DNA of 32,000 bases, taken from NCBI RefSeq assembly GCF_000008625.1, contig NC_000918.1:60001-92000 (forward strand), read 5' to 3'. This DNA is from Aquifex aeolicus VF5. Its GTDB lineage: Bacteria > Aquificota > Aquificia > Aquificales > Aquificaceae. Made by a program: the position numbers and the translations under genes. Position 1 is the first letter of the stretch, and the number at the start of each line of letters is the position of its first letter. Positions 9,169 through 18,327 of this stretch are shown here, one piece after another. The notes under the pieces were generated by a model that was given only the letters and a program-made list of their open reading frames with translations, ran no database searches and was not told where the DNA came from.

Positions 9169-10440
9169 ATGAGAGCGCTAGGATTTATAGGGATTATTCT
9201 ATCAATTTTTTCCTCTTTTGCGTATGCATCTGAAGCCAAGTTAGACACTGGTAACACAGCTTGGATGCTCGTAGCTTCAGCCCTTGTGGTGTTTATGACA
9301 GTTCCCGGGCTCGCTCTTTTCTATGGAGGTTTAGACAAATCAAAGAGCATCCTAAACACGATAGCGATGTCCTTTTCAGCCTTTGCGGTTGTAACACTAA
9401 CGTGGATATTCGTAGGTTACTCAGTAGCCTACGGAGACGATATTTTTGGTTTTATAGGAAATCCATTCCAGTACGTATTAGGTAAGGGTATAAGCGGGAT
9501 AAATTCCGATACCGGATACCCTGCACTTCTGGATCTGATGTTCCAGCTCACTTTCGCAACAATAACTACCGCTTTAATTTCGGGTTCCTTCGTAGGAAGG
9601 ATGAAGTTTTCAGCCTGGATATTGTTTGCAATACTCTGGAGCGTATTTGTTTATCCGCCTGTAGCCCACTGGGTATGGGGAGGCGGATTTCTGGCTAACG
9701 ACGGAGCCCTTGACTTTGCAGGAGGAACGGTAGTCCACATTAACGCGGGTATAGCGGGTTTAGTAGGTGCGTTGATCCTCGGAAGAAGGAAAGACACATC
9801 TCTTATTCCCAACAACGTTCCACTGGTAGCCCTCGGTGCGGGAATACTGTGGTTCGGGTGGTTTGGATTCAACGCCGGTTCTGCTCTCGGAGCTAATGAG
9901 AGCGCAGCTTGGGCAATGATAAATACCACGGTTGCAACTTCAACGGCAGCACTCGCATGGATGTTTACCGAATGGCTTCACGTCGGTAAACCTACAGTTG
10001 TGGGAATATCTTCAGGTATCGTTGCAGGACTTGTCGCAATAACTCCCGCGGCAGGTTTTGTAAACCTTATCGGTTCAATTTTTATAGGAGCTATAGCATC
10101 CGTGTGTGCTTACTTTATGGTTGCTCTTGTAAAACCAAAATTCGGATACGACGATGCACTTGACGTGTTCGGAATTCACGGAGTACGCGGAATAGTGGGA
10201 GCAGTTTTAACGGGAGTATTTGCGGATCCGAACGTGGGAGGAACTCCTGGACTGCTCTACGGCAATCCAAAACAGGTTCTTATACAAATAGAAGGCGTTA
10301 TCGCTACTATACTCTACTCCGCTATCCTCACAGCCGTTATACTGCTGGTTCTGAAAGCAGTAGTAGGTCTAAGAGTTTCCGAAGAAGAGGAGCTCGAACT
10401 GGACAGCTCCCTACACGGTGAAAAGGCTTACAACCTATAA
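9169..10440 (+). CDS. amt: ammonium transporter (Amt family) with signal peptide
   Basis: 423 aa with 11 TM segments. Conserved [17 protein letters not shown] and [10 protein letters not shown] motifs, plus the twin-His context ([13 protein letters not shown]). Confidence 0.93.
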
Positions 10441-10453
10441 AGGAGGTTTAGTT

Positions 10454-11500
10454 ATGAAAAAGTACGTTCTTCCTCTCTTGTTTTTAAGCTCTCTTTCTCT
10501 CGCTGAGGAAAAAAGTCTTTACCTGAAGGTATCCCAACCGCTGGAGCTTTACGGCGGGATAAGTGCCGGGTACTTCTACACCACAAACGAGGACGGTAAA
10601 GACTCAAGCGATAAACTGCAGATAACGAACGCCATACTCGGACTGAAGGCTGAAGTTGGAGAAAAGATAAGGTTCGGCTTTGACCTTGCTGTAGGCGGTT
10701 CTCTCTGGTCCACCGTATGGGACGGCGGACAGGGAGATTTTTCCTATTACGACCCAGATGAAAAGGAATTGAAAGAAGGTGTAGGACTTCACTGGGGATA
10801 CGCCTACCTGAAACCCTTCAAAGGCTTTGAAGTTTCTGCCGGTGTACTTACAACAAACATAGGCTACGAACTTGCAGACACGTATAGCAATCCTAACGTA
10901 ACTTTTGGAGCGGTATGGTACGCACAGCCCTTCATATACCCCGGAGTCAGGCTCACGCTTGATTTTAGTGAAATAGCGGATTTACCGGTAAGTCTTTATG
11001 CCGAGTACAATCAGGAGTACGACCTTGACAATTACGCGGTTGGAATTCTCGGGGAACTCGGCAACCTTTCTTACGCCCTGAGTTATTACGACTACAGAGC
11101 TTCAAAAAACCTCGTTGATTTAGTTCTCGGATATACCATCTTCAACGTGGACCTCGGTCTGAACTTTGATTACCAATGGCTGGACGACAGTGCAAAATCA
11201 GCAGGACAGGACGATTCTGCTTACGGAGTTGCCCTGTACGTAATACCAAAGTTTGAAACTAAATACGGCGAGTTTTCCCTGCCTTTAAGACTGGAATACT
11301 TTGACGAAGGAAGTAGCGGGATTTACTTTGGCGGGGCGGACAAGGGCTATACACTTACCGTTACGCCTACTTTCAGACCTACACCTAACACCTACGTAAG
11401 GGCTGAAGTATCCTATGTAAATACGGATAATAAAGTGTTTAAAAACGGCACAAAAGACAACAAAACCACTCTGGCAGTAGAACTCGGCTTCACCTTTTAG
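10454..11500 (+). CDS. outer-membrane beta-barrel (porin-like) protein
   Basis: Signal peptide [19 protein letters not shown]. Alternating aromatic/polar beta-strand pattern, many Y/G/D/N residues, and a C-terminal ...AVELGFTF ending in Phe. AGGAGG at 10441 lies immediately after the amt stop. Confidence 0.7.
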
Positions 11501-11514
11501 CCGCCCCTGCCCTT

Positions 11515-11766
11515 TTACCAGATTTTTGAGAAGTCTAAAGAAATACTGCAATCCTCCAAGTTTATTTCTAAGGAATCATCTGTAACGTCTTTTAACTTCA
11601 CATACTTACCCTCGTGAAGTTTGTAGACCTTTGTTTTCTTCAGAGATAGGAAAGCTATAACGTAGTACTCTATTCCCTCTCTCCGATAGAGTTCAAACTT
11701 TATCGTTTCGTCCTTTTGAGCAGTTCCTTCCGAGACTACTTCAAATATAACTTTCGGCGGTTTCAA
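11515..11766 (-). pseudogene. C-terminal remnant of a Uma2-family (DUF820, PD-(D/E)xK) endonuclease-like gene
   Basis: PPKVIFEVVSEGTAQKDETIKFELYRREGIEYYVI...KVYKL..GKY resembles the E-x-x-S...D...K...Y...G..EY core and tail of Uma2 proteins. Only about 83 codons remain, with a TTG start, and the N-terminal half is missing. Confidence 0.5.
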
Positions 11767-11802
11767 GACTCTGTGTTTTATCTTTTCGCAAACCTCGTCT
11801 AT

Positions 11803-12243
11803 TCAATACCTCTCCGTTATGTAGTCCGCTGCACAGGAGGCCGCTATGGCGTCAGGTTTCAAAACAGGAGTTAACCCTTGAGCAAGGACGTATCCGACCG
11901 CTTCTTTCACTATTACGCTGGACGCAGTGTTTTCATCCGGGTTTATATCCAGATGAACCTCAAAGTGCCTGCCGTCCACCGCGTCCATAAGCATAAGGGC
12001 GTGATAAACAGCACGGTTTACCTCTTCCATAAGCCTTTGCCTCAAAGAGTTTATCTTTGGAACCTTTTCCACATTCCAGAAAACTTTTGCCCCGTATTTT
12101 GAACTTATGTGGACCACGATAACGGTAACGAATATCGTTTTATCCCTGAGCTGTCTGGAATCACAACCAACGTATATGGAAGTTTCTTTATCTGTAGTTT
12201 TTATAAACTCCTTTACCTCTTCAATGTCCCTGAACTTGGGCAT
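11803..12243 (-). CDS. DUF458 / YkuK-like RNase H-fold protein
   Basis: 146 aa. IYVGCDSRQ....TIFVTVIVVH...GAKVF and EVHLDINPDE...S resemble the YkuK family as I recall it. Its start overlaps the upstream stop (TAATG). Confidence 0.6.
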   Translation of the reverse strand: MPKFRDIEEVKEFIKTTDKETSIYVGCDSRQLRDKTIFVTVIVVHISSKYGAKVFWNVEKVPKINSLRQRLMEEVNRAVYHALMLMDAVDGRHFEVHLDINPDENTASSVIVKEAVGYVLAQGLTPVLKPDAIAASCAADYITERY

Positions 12244-12563
12244 TACTTCTCAAAATCCACCTTTTGATACCAGGAAGGCTTGAAGAAAATCCAGTCTTTT
12301 AGGTTTTCAGGACTTTTAGCGTAACAAACTTCGCATAAAACTCCTTCCTCCACTAGTTTGGAGTTGTCATCACAGCAATCACTCAAGTTCCAGAACTCGT
12401 AATTGTCGTGAAATATCAGCTTTCCGCATCCGAGACACTCGTAAAGAACACAGCCCTTTTCCTGCAAAAATTCCTTTAAATCTTTTTCCTCGGGGAGTTC
12501 TTCTAGTTCAAAGACGTTTTTCAGGAATTCCTTCTGCTTCTCGGAAAGTTCCTTTACCTTCAT
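12243..12563 (-). CDS. small Cys-rich (zinc-ribbon-like) protein
   Basis: 106 aa with C-x4-C-x2-C ... CC ... C-x2-C (7 Cys) and an acidic N-terminus. It is coupled to both neighbours (ATGA and TAATG overlaps). Confidence 0.6.
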   Translation of the reverse strand: MKVKELSEKQKEFLKNVFELEELPEEKDLKEFLQEKGCVLYECLGCGKLIFHDNYEFWNLSDCCDDNSKLVEEGVLCEVCYAKSPENLKDWIFFKPSWYQKVDFEK

Positions 12564-14122
12564 ACATTTAAATTTAGAACTTCAAGTTTAAAAAACGGTT
12601 TTTTCATCAACCTTCCCACCCTGATACCCGGATCAAAGGGCTGAAACTCCTCAAAGGAGTTCGGAACGAATACAACGTTATCAGCGAGGTTGTTGTTTAC
12701 CTTTACTTTCAGCTTTACACCGTTTATTTCTATAAGGTTCCCTATATTTAAACGTTCCTTCGTTTTCTGGTTTACGTAAGCAAACTGCTCCCTCTCAAGG
12801 GCGTGGGTCCAGGGGTTCCAGTGTCCGAGTTCTTCCGCTAAGGTGTTGTCACAGATGAACCAGAGCTCTCCGCTCTCTGATCTGTCTTCTTCGTTTATGT
12901 CAACCTCCGTAATGTCCTTCATACTTATGTCCACTCCCCCTTCCTTTTCCTTTAATTCCTCAAGCTTAACTCCGCACTCCTTCAGAAAGTCTTCTACGTC
13001 AAAAGAACTTTCAAAGTACTCGTACGGTTGGGGAAATGGTGCATTTAGGACCTGCGGTGAGTGTGCCAAAAAGCCAAAACCCTTTACTATAAACTCCCTT
13101 TCCGCGAAAGTGGTTCTGGGAATTATAAGAGTGCTGTGGTTTGCAGTTATAGTGGGGAAGTATGCAAAGTTAATGACGAATTTATCCTTTAACTTTTGAA
13201 TTTGTTCATCAGAGAGGTAAATAAACGGATTTCCGAATAAAACGAGTGTGTCAAACTCTCCTAATCTTTCCAAAAATTCCTTTAAGCTTTTTACAGGAAA
13301 CGGCGTTATGTTTCCTACAATTGAGTAGTCCGCACCGTACTTTTCACTGATTTCTTTAAGGGTTTTTAAAACTTTTCCTCTGAACGGTGAGCGAAGGAGT
13401 GTGTCTCCTACTATGACAACGCTCTCTTTTCCGAAAAATTCAAGGAATTTTTGAGCTTTGCCTTCAAATCTTCCCTCAGAAAGTGCCTGTAAAATCTCGG
13501 TTGTTTTTTCTGGTGTGGTCAGAACCTTTTCTTTTGATTTTTGAAAAACGGTCGTATACCTGCTTCCCGCCGTAAAGATATATGCGTCCTTTTCAAAGGC
13601 GTCCACTATCCAGCGGGTGAGCATAACCTCCGAAAATGTGGGCTCCGCCTCAAATATAAATAGGGCTTTTTTGTCCACCCAATCCTGAGCTCTGACGCTG
13701 GTTTGTTTAAAGGGAAGGTAAAGGGAGTCCGAAAAGACTTCCTCGGTTAGGCTTCTTGCTATGAGGTATTCCTCAATTCCCGCAAACCTGTCTAGGAAAA
13801 AGGCGACCTTTCCTTTTAAGTTTTCCTTTATTAGTTTCTTTGTCTCTTGAAATTCAACTTCCCTAAAGTTGTTCCCTTCCCTTAAAAGGGGCTTTGTAAT
13901 TCTTAGGGGGTTTTTCGGGATTTCCTGAATGTAAGTTATTCCCTTTGTGCAGAAGCTACCTATGCCGTTCGGGTCGTGGGGGTGTCCGTAGAGGTCAACG
14001 AGCTCATCTTGCTTGAGGTAAGCTATGTAACCGCAGGCACTTGAACACCCGCCGCAAATACCGCACAGAGCTTTCTCAAATTCCTTTACCGTTAAGGGGA
14101 CGGAAGTAGGGGAAAGGGGCAT
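12560..14122 (-). CDS. short molybdopterin-oxidoreductase (MopB) superfamily-like Fe-S protein
   Basis: N-terminal C-x2-C-x3-C-x27-C (CGGCSSAC...GHPHDPNGIGSFCTKG), matching the MopB 4Fe-4S domain. The C-terminus resembles the molybdopterin dinucleotide-binding barrel (ELWFICDN...INGVKLKVKVNNNLADNVVFVP). At 520 aa it is well below typical MopB catalytic subunits. Confidence 0.7.
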   Translation of the reverse strand: MPLSPTSVPLTVKEFEKALCGICGGCSSACGYIAYLKQDELVDLYGHPHDPNGIGSFCTKGITYIQEIPKNPLRITKPLLREGNNFREVEFQETKKLIKENLKGKVAFFLDRFAGIEEYLIARSLTEEVFSDSLYLPFKQTSVRAQDWVDKKALFIFEAEPTFSEVMLTRWIVDAFEKDAYIFTAGSRYTTVFQKSKEKVLTTPEKTTEILQALSEGRFEGKAQKFLEFFGKESVVIVGDTLLRSPFRGKVLKTLKEISEKYGADYSIVGNITPFPVKSLKEFLERLGEFDTLVLFGNPFIYLSDEQIQKLKDKFVINFAYFPTITANHSTLIIPRTTFAEREFIVKGFGFLAHSPQVLNAPFPQPYEYFESSFDVEDFLKECGVKLEELKEKEGGVDISMKDITEVDINEEDRSESGELWFICDNTLAEELGHWNPWTHALEREQFAYVNQKTKERLNIGNLIEINGVKLKVKVNNNLADNVVFVPNSFEEFQPFDPGIRVGRLMKKPFFKLEVLNLNV

Positions 14123-15316
14123 TTAAGCCTCCTTGTCGTCAAGGTTAACGAGACAGGGCAGTTCTTTCCCCGCGAGAAGTTCCAGGAAAGCTCCTCCTCC
14201 TGTGGAGACGAAGTCAAAGGCGTGATAAACTCCCGCCTTGTGAATGGCGTGGTCCGTATCTCCTCCGCCCGCTATCGTGAGGGCTGAAGATTGGGCGAGT
14301 AATTTCGCGACCTCTATTGTTCCATGTTTGAACTTGTCTATTTCAAACACTCCCATGGGCCCGTTCCACACAATTGTCTGGGCATCGGAAATTATTTCCT
14401 TTACGAGTTCAACGGAAACGGGTCCGATATCAAGCCCCATCCACCCGTCTGGTATCTCCTGCCAGGGTACTACTTTCGTGGGAGTGTTTTCCGAGACTTC
14501 CTGCCCTATCACAAAGTCAACGGGAAGGTAGAGTTTAATCTCTAGCTTTTTTGCAACATCTATTAAATCCCTTGCAACGTCCTGTAGGTCGTCCTCCACG
14601 AGGGAATTTCCAACCTTGTAGCCCATAGCTTTGAGGAAGGTAAAGGCCATAGCGCCGCCTATAAATAGTTTGTCTACCCTCCTTATTAGGTTCTTTATCA
14701 CTTCGAGTTTGGAGGAAACTTTAGCACCTCCCAGGATAGCGACCACGGGTCTCTGGGGTGCTACCATCGCCTTTTCAAAGTAAGTGATTTCCTTTTCCAG
14801 TAAAAATCCCATTACGGCGGGTTTTAAAAACTTGGGAACGAGGTACACGCTTGCGTGCTTTCTGTGACAGGTTCCGAAGGCGTCCGCAACGTAAACTTCT
14901 CCCAGACTCGCAAGCTCTCTCGCAAAGTTCTCATCGCACTCCGTTTCTTCTTTATGGAACCTAAGGTTTTCAAGGAGAACTACGTCTCCCTCTTTCATGG
15001 AGTTTACAATTCGCTTTACTTCTTCTCCCACGCAGTCCGGGGCGAGTTTTACCTCCTTGTTTATATACCTTGAAAGTCTTTTGGCTACCGGTGCCAAACT
15101 GTACTTTGGATCCCTGTTTTTAGGTCTTCCTAGATGGGACATCAAAATTACCTTTGCGTTTGCGTCAAGGAGGTACTCAACTGTGGGAAGGGAAGCCCTT
15201 ATACGCGTGTCGTCTACTATGTTTCCCTGTTCGTCTAGTGGAACGTTGTAATCAACCCTTACGAGAACTCTCTTCCCCTTTACGTCAACGTCCCTTAAGG
15301 TCTTTTTTCTAAGCAT
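14123..15316 (-). CDS. pgk: phosphoglycerate kinase
   Basis: 397 aa. VLVRVDYNVPL, ILMSHLGRP, ILGGAKVSSKL, FIGGAMAFTF, WNGPMGVFE, and GGGD..A. Confidence 0.95.
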   Translation of the reverse strand: MLRKKTLRDVDVKGKRVLVRVDYNVPLDEQGNIVDDTRIRASLPTVEYLLDANAKVILMSHLGRPKNRDPKYSLAPVAKRLSRYINKEVKLAPDCVGEEVKRIVNSMKEGDVVLLENLRFHKEETECDENFARELASLGEVYVADAFGTCHRKHASVYLVPKFLKPAVMGFLLEKEITYFEKAMVAPQRPVVAILGGAKVSSKLEVIKNLIRRVDKLFIGGAMAFTFLKAMGYKVGNSLVEDDLQDVARDLIDVAKKLEIKLYLPVDFVIGQEVSENTPTKVVPWQEIPDGWMGLDIGPVSVELVKEIISDAQTIVWNGPMGVFEIDKFKHGTIEVAKLLAQSSALTIAGGGDTDHAIHKAGVYHAFDFVSTGGGAFLELLAGKELPCLVNLDDKEA

Positions 15317-15327
15317 TTATCCCTCCA

Positions 15328-15981
15328 TCAGAAGGGTTTTTCGGGAACCTTTTCCCAATCCTTCAGGAACCTCTCCAGCCCTATGTCAGTTAAGGGGTGC
15401 TTGAAGAGTTGTTCCATAACTTTAAAGGGCATGGTACAGATGTCAGCACCGATTAGAGCGGACTCGAGAACGTGCATAGGGTGCCTTACGCTTGCAACTA
15501 TTATTTCCGTGTCAAACTCGTAATTGGAGAAAATTGTTTTAATCTCTTCTATAAGTTTCATTCCTTCTCCGCTGATGTCGTCAAGTCTTCCCACGAAGGG
15601 AGAAACGTAAGAAGCTCCTGCTTTTGCCGCAAGCAGTGCTTGGGTTGGTGAGAAGACGAGGGTTACGTTTGTGGGTATCCCCTCGCTTTCAAGGGCTATC
15701 ACAGCCTTGAGTCCTTCGGGAGTCATGGGTATCTTCACGACCACGTTTTCTCCGAGTTCCGCTAGCATCCTGCCTTCCCTTATCATTCCCTCTGCATCCA
15801 GAGAAACGGTTTCTAGACTGACGGGTCCATCAACGAGTTCAAGTATTTCCTTTACAACTTCTTTGAAGGGTCTTCCCGTTTTTGAGATGAGTGTAGGGTT
15901 TGTTGTAACGCCGTCCAGTATTCCCCACTCCATAGCCTTCTTAATCTCTTCTACGTTTGCTGTATCTAAAAAGAACTTCAT
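15328..15981 (-). CDS. tal: transaldolase / fructose-6-phosphate aldolase (short TalC/Fsa type)
   Basis: [15 protein letters not shown]...GVTTNPTL...VVKIPMT (Schiff-base Lys)...TLVFS...SPFVGR. ATG 15981 is preceded by GGAGGT; the track's TTG 15996 was rejected. Confidence 0.9.
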   Translation of the reverse strand: MKFFLDTANVEEIKKAMEWGILDGVTTNPTLISKTGRPFKEVVKEILELVDGPVSLETVSLDAEGMIREGRMLAELGENVVVKIPMTPEGLKAVIALESEGIPTNVTLVFSPTQALLAAKAGASYVSPFVGRLDDISGEGMKLIEEIKTIFSNYEFDTEIIVASVRHPMHVLESALIGADICTMPFKVMEQLFKHPLTDIGLERFLKDWEKVPEKPF

Positions 15982-16009
15982 TTCCTTTACCTCCAAAAAT
16001 GGGATTATA

Positions 16010-17038
16010 TCACTTGTAATACTCCTCGAAAGCTATCCACGTTCTCGGTATCCGCCACTCAAGGTTATCCCACTCCTTCATGAGTTTTTTCCTCTTCTGT
16101 GCAGCCCTGTTTATAGAAGGACCTAAGGTATCCAGAGCTTCTTCTTCGAATTCTTCAAGGTCTCCCTCAAGTATCGCCCTTGCAGCTATTGAGCCCGTAA
16201 TCACCGCGTTCGCTATACCTCCGCCCGTAATGGGGTGGCAGAATCCTCCCGCATCTCCTACCAAAAGCACGTTTCCCCTGAAAGGATTCTTTATCCCCTC
16301 GCCGGGAATAAAACCTCCGGTTCTTCCGTAAATAGGTTCGGGTTCTACAAAGTCCTTAACTTCTTTTACAAACTTGTTTAGAACTTCTACCACGTTCACA
16401 CCGTAAGAGAGGTCAACGCCGACGCCTACGTTTGCAAGTTCCTGTTTCGGAAATATCCAGCCGTAACCTCCTGGTATGTAGTCCCTAAAGAATATGAGAA
16501 GGTCATTTAAAGGCTTTTTCAGTTTAAGTGTGTACTGAGCAGTTATTAAAAATTCCTTAGTGTGTTCTCCCGTGAGTTTTGCAACGAGCGAACGTGCCCC
16601 GTCCGCCCCGACCACGATATCCGCTTTTACCTTAAAAACTTCCCTTTTATTTAAATCTTTTAGGATTAAATACTTTCCCTCAAAACCGATAAACTTCGTT
16701 TTTGTTCTTAAGTGCGCACCCTCCTTTTCTGCGAGCTTGGCTATTCCTTTGTCCCACTTTTCCCTGTGAAGGATGAAGCCTTCCGAGTACATACTAACGA
16801 TTTCCCCCCAGGGTGTGTAGTGAACCATGTCTTTTACCTTTTGTGCTATTGTCTCCTCGGGAAAGAACTCGGGAAATTCGTAAGAGAGCTGGACGGGAAC
16901 AAACTCGGCACACTGAACGGGATAGCCTACTTCCTTCCTTGAATCTATAAGCAGGACCCTAACTCCCTTTTTTGCAAGTACGTAGGCACAGGTGGAGCCT
17001 CCGGGCCCCGCACCTACTATCGCAACGTCGTACTTCAT
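16010..17038 (-). CDS. geranylgeranyl reductase-family FAD-dependent oxidoreductase (paralog 2)
   Basis: [42 protein letters not shown]. The start overlaps the hisS stop (ATGA). Confidence 0.8.
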   Translation of the reverse strand: MKYDVAIVGAGPGGSTCAYVLAKKGVRVLLIDSRKEVGYPVQCAEFVPVQLSYEFPEFFPEETIAQKVKDMVHYTPWGEIVSMYSEGFILHREKWDKGIAKLAEKEGAHLRTKTKFIGFEGKYLILKDLNKREVFKVKADIVVGADGARSLVAKLTGEHTKEFLITAQYTLKLKKPLNDLLIFFRDYIPGGYGWIFPKQELANVGVGVDLSYGVNVVEVLNKFVKEVKDFVEPEPIYGRTGGFIPGEGIKNPFRGNVLLVGDAGGFCHPITGGGIANAVITGSIAARAILEGDLEEFEEEALDTLGPSINRAAQKRKKLMKEWDNLEWRIPRTWIAFEEYYK

Positions 17039-18246
17039 AACTCCGATAATTTAACCCTCCTTTGCTCTCCCGTTTCCATGTCCTTAATCGTCACTTCCTG
17101 GTTCTTCACCTCGTCTTCACCGATGATAACGGCGTATTTAACGCCGAGTTTGTCGGCAAACTCCAGTTGTTTTTTCAGCCCTCCTTTTCTGTAGGAATAC
17201 TCAACTACCTTTCCTTTCTTCCTTAAAATGTCCGCAACTCTGAGGGCGTACTCGTGAACGTCTCCGAAGGGAATGACGAAGTAAACCTCTTCTTTTTCCT
17301 CCTCGTCTGGAAGAAGAAGCATTAACCTTTCAACTCCAAGGGCAAACCCGAGGGCGGGAGTGGGAGGACCTCCGAGCTCCTCAACTAAGTAATCATACCT
17401 CCCGCCTGCGATTAGCGTGAGTCCGAGCTCGTCGGAGACCGCCTCAAATACGGTCCTAGTGTAGTAATCAAGCCCCCTCACGAGGTTGTAGTTTTCCCTG
17501 AAGGGAATGTCAAGGGCCTTTAAGTAATTCTTTAGTTTTTCGTAGTGTTCCCTGCATTCATCGCACAGAAAGTCTATCATTTTAGGAGCTTCTCTCACCG
17601 CGACTTTGCAGGTCTCTACTTTGCAGTCCAGAACCCTCAAAGGGTTCCTGTCCATTCTGCTTATGCAATCACTGCAGAGTTCTTCTTTCACTCCTGTTAG
17701 GTAGTTAAGTAATGCCTCCCTGTAAGCCTCCCTGTCTTTTTTACATCCAAGGGAATTTATCTCAACAACAACCCCCTTGATCCCGAGTGCCTGAAGTATG
17801 TCGTAAACGATCTTTATTATTTCTGCGTCCGCGTGAGGTTCTGCAACGCCGAAGACTTCCGCACCTATCTGGTGGAATTGCCTATACCTTCCCGCCTGGG
17901 GTCTCTCGTACCTGAACATAGGTCCCTCGTAAAAGAGCTTCACATAAGGTCTCAGAGCGTAGAGTTTGTGTTGGATAAAGGCTCTCACAGTTCCCGCGGT
18001 CCCTTCCGGTCTTAATGCAAGCTTTCTCCCTTTTCTGTCCTCAAATACGAACATCTCTTTCTGGACTATGTCAGTGGTTTCTCCCACACTCCTTTGGAAG
18101 AGTTCTGCGTACTCAACAACAGGAAGGATTATCTCCTCAAAGTTGTAAAGTTTTAGTATCTTCCTTGCGGTGTCCGAGATTTTTCTGAACTTCTTTGCGT
18201 CTTTTCCCAGTATGTCGTGAAATCCCCTTACGCTCTGTATGTTCAT
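17035..18246 (-). CDS. hisS: histidine--tRNA ligase
   Basis: 403 aa. GFHDILG, class II motifs (LRPEGT, FRYERPQAGRYRQFHQ, GGGRYD-like AGGRYDYL), and a C-terminal anticodon-binding domain. Confidence 0.95.
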   Translation of the reverse strand: MNIQSVRGFHDILGKDAKKFRKISDTARKILKLYNFEEIILPVVEYAELFQRSVGETTDIVQKEMFVFEDRKGRKLALRPEGTAGTVRAFIQHKLYALRPYVKLFYEGPMFRYERPQAGRYRQFHQIGAEVFGVAEPHADAEIIKIVYDILQALGIKGVVVEINSLGCKKDREAYREALLNYLTGVKEELCSDCISRMDRNPLRVLDCKVETCKVAVREAPKMIDFLCDECREHYEKLKNYLKALDIPFRENYNLVRGLDYYTRTVFEAVSDELGLTLIAGGRYDYLVEELGGPPTPALGFALGVERLMLLLPDEEEKEEVYFVIPFGDVHEYALRVADILRKKGKVVEYSYRKGGLKKQLEFADKLGVKYAVIIGEDEVKNQEVTIKDMETGEQRRVKLSEL

Positions 18247-18254
18247 AAAGATAA

Positions 18255-18260
18255 ATATTA
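18255..18260 (-). promoter_or_regulatory. -10-like hexamer TAATAT 8 nt upstream of the hisS ATG (candidate leaderless promoter)
   Basis: The minus strand reads TAATAT-TTATCTTT-ATG, with no SD. Confidence 0.35.
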
Positions 18261-18285
18261 AAGGTTTTTTGTGGTAAACTTATTG

Positions 18286-18294
18286 TGTTAAAAT
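18286..18294 (+). promoter_or_regulatory. extended -10 (TGTTAAAAT) candidate promoter for rpsP
   Basis: TGnTAAAAT lies 33 nt upstream of the TTG start, with a GGAGGT SD between. Confidence 0.3.
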
Positions 18295-18327
18295 TATTCG
18301 TCCGAAAATTTACGGAGGTACGGGAAA

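Noticed and set aside
10418-10453. Extended start for the porin ORF overlapping amt
   Set aside because: ATG 10454 is preceded by AGGAGG at the ideal distance and yields a normal signal peptide. The extension adds a non-signal-like [12 protein letters not shown].
11767-11805. Stop-codon readthrough fusing the DUF458 protein to the Uma2 fragment
   Set aside because: The shared frame is most simply a coincidence or a deletion scar. There is no recoding signal and no known fusion of these families.
15671-16126. 151-aa plus-strand ORF
   Set aside because: It is the antisense shadow of the transaldolase gene and the GGR 3' end, with S/P/T-rich low complexity.
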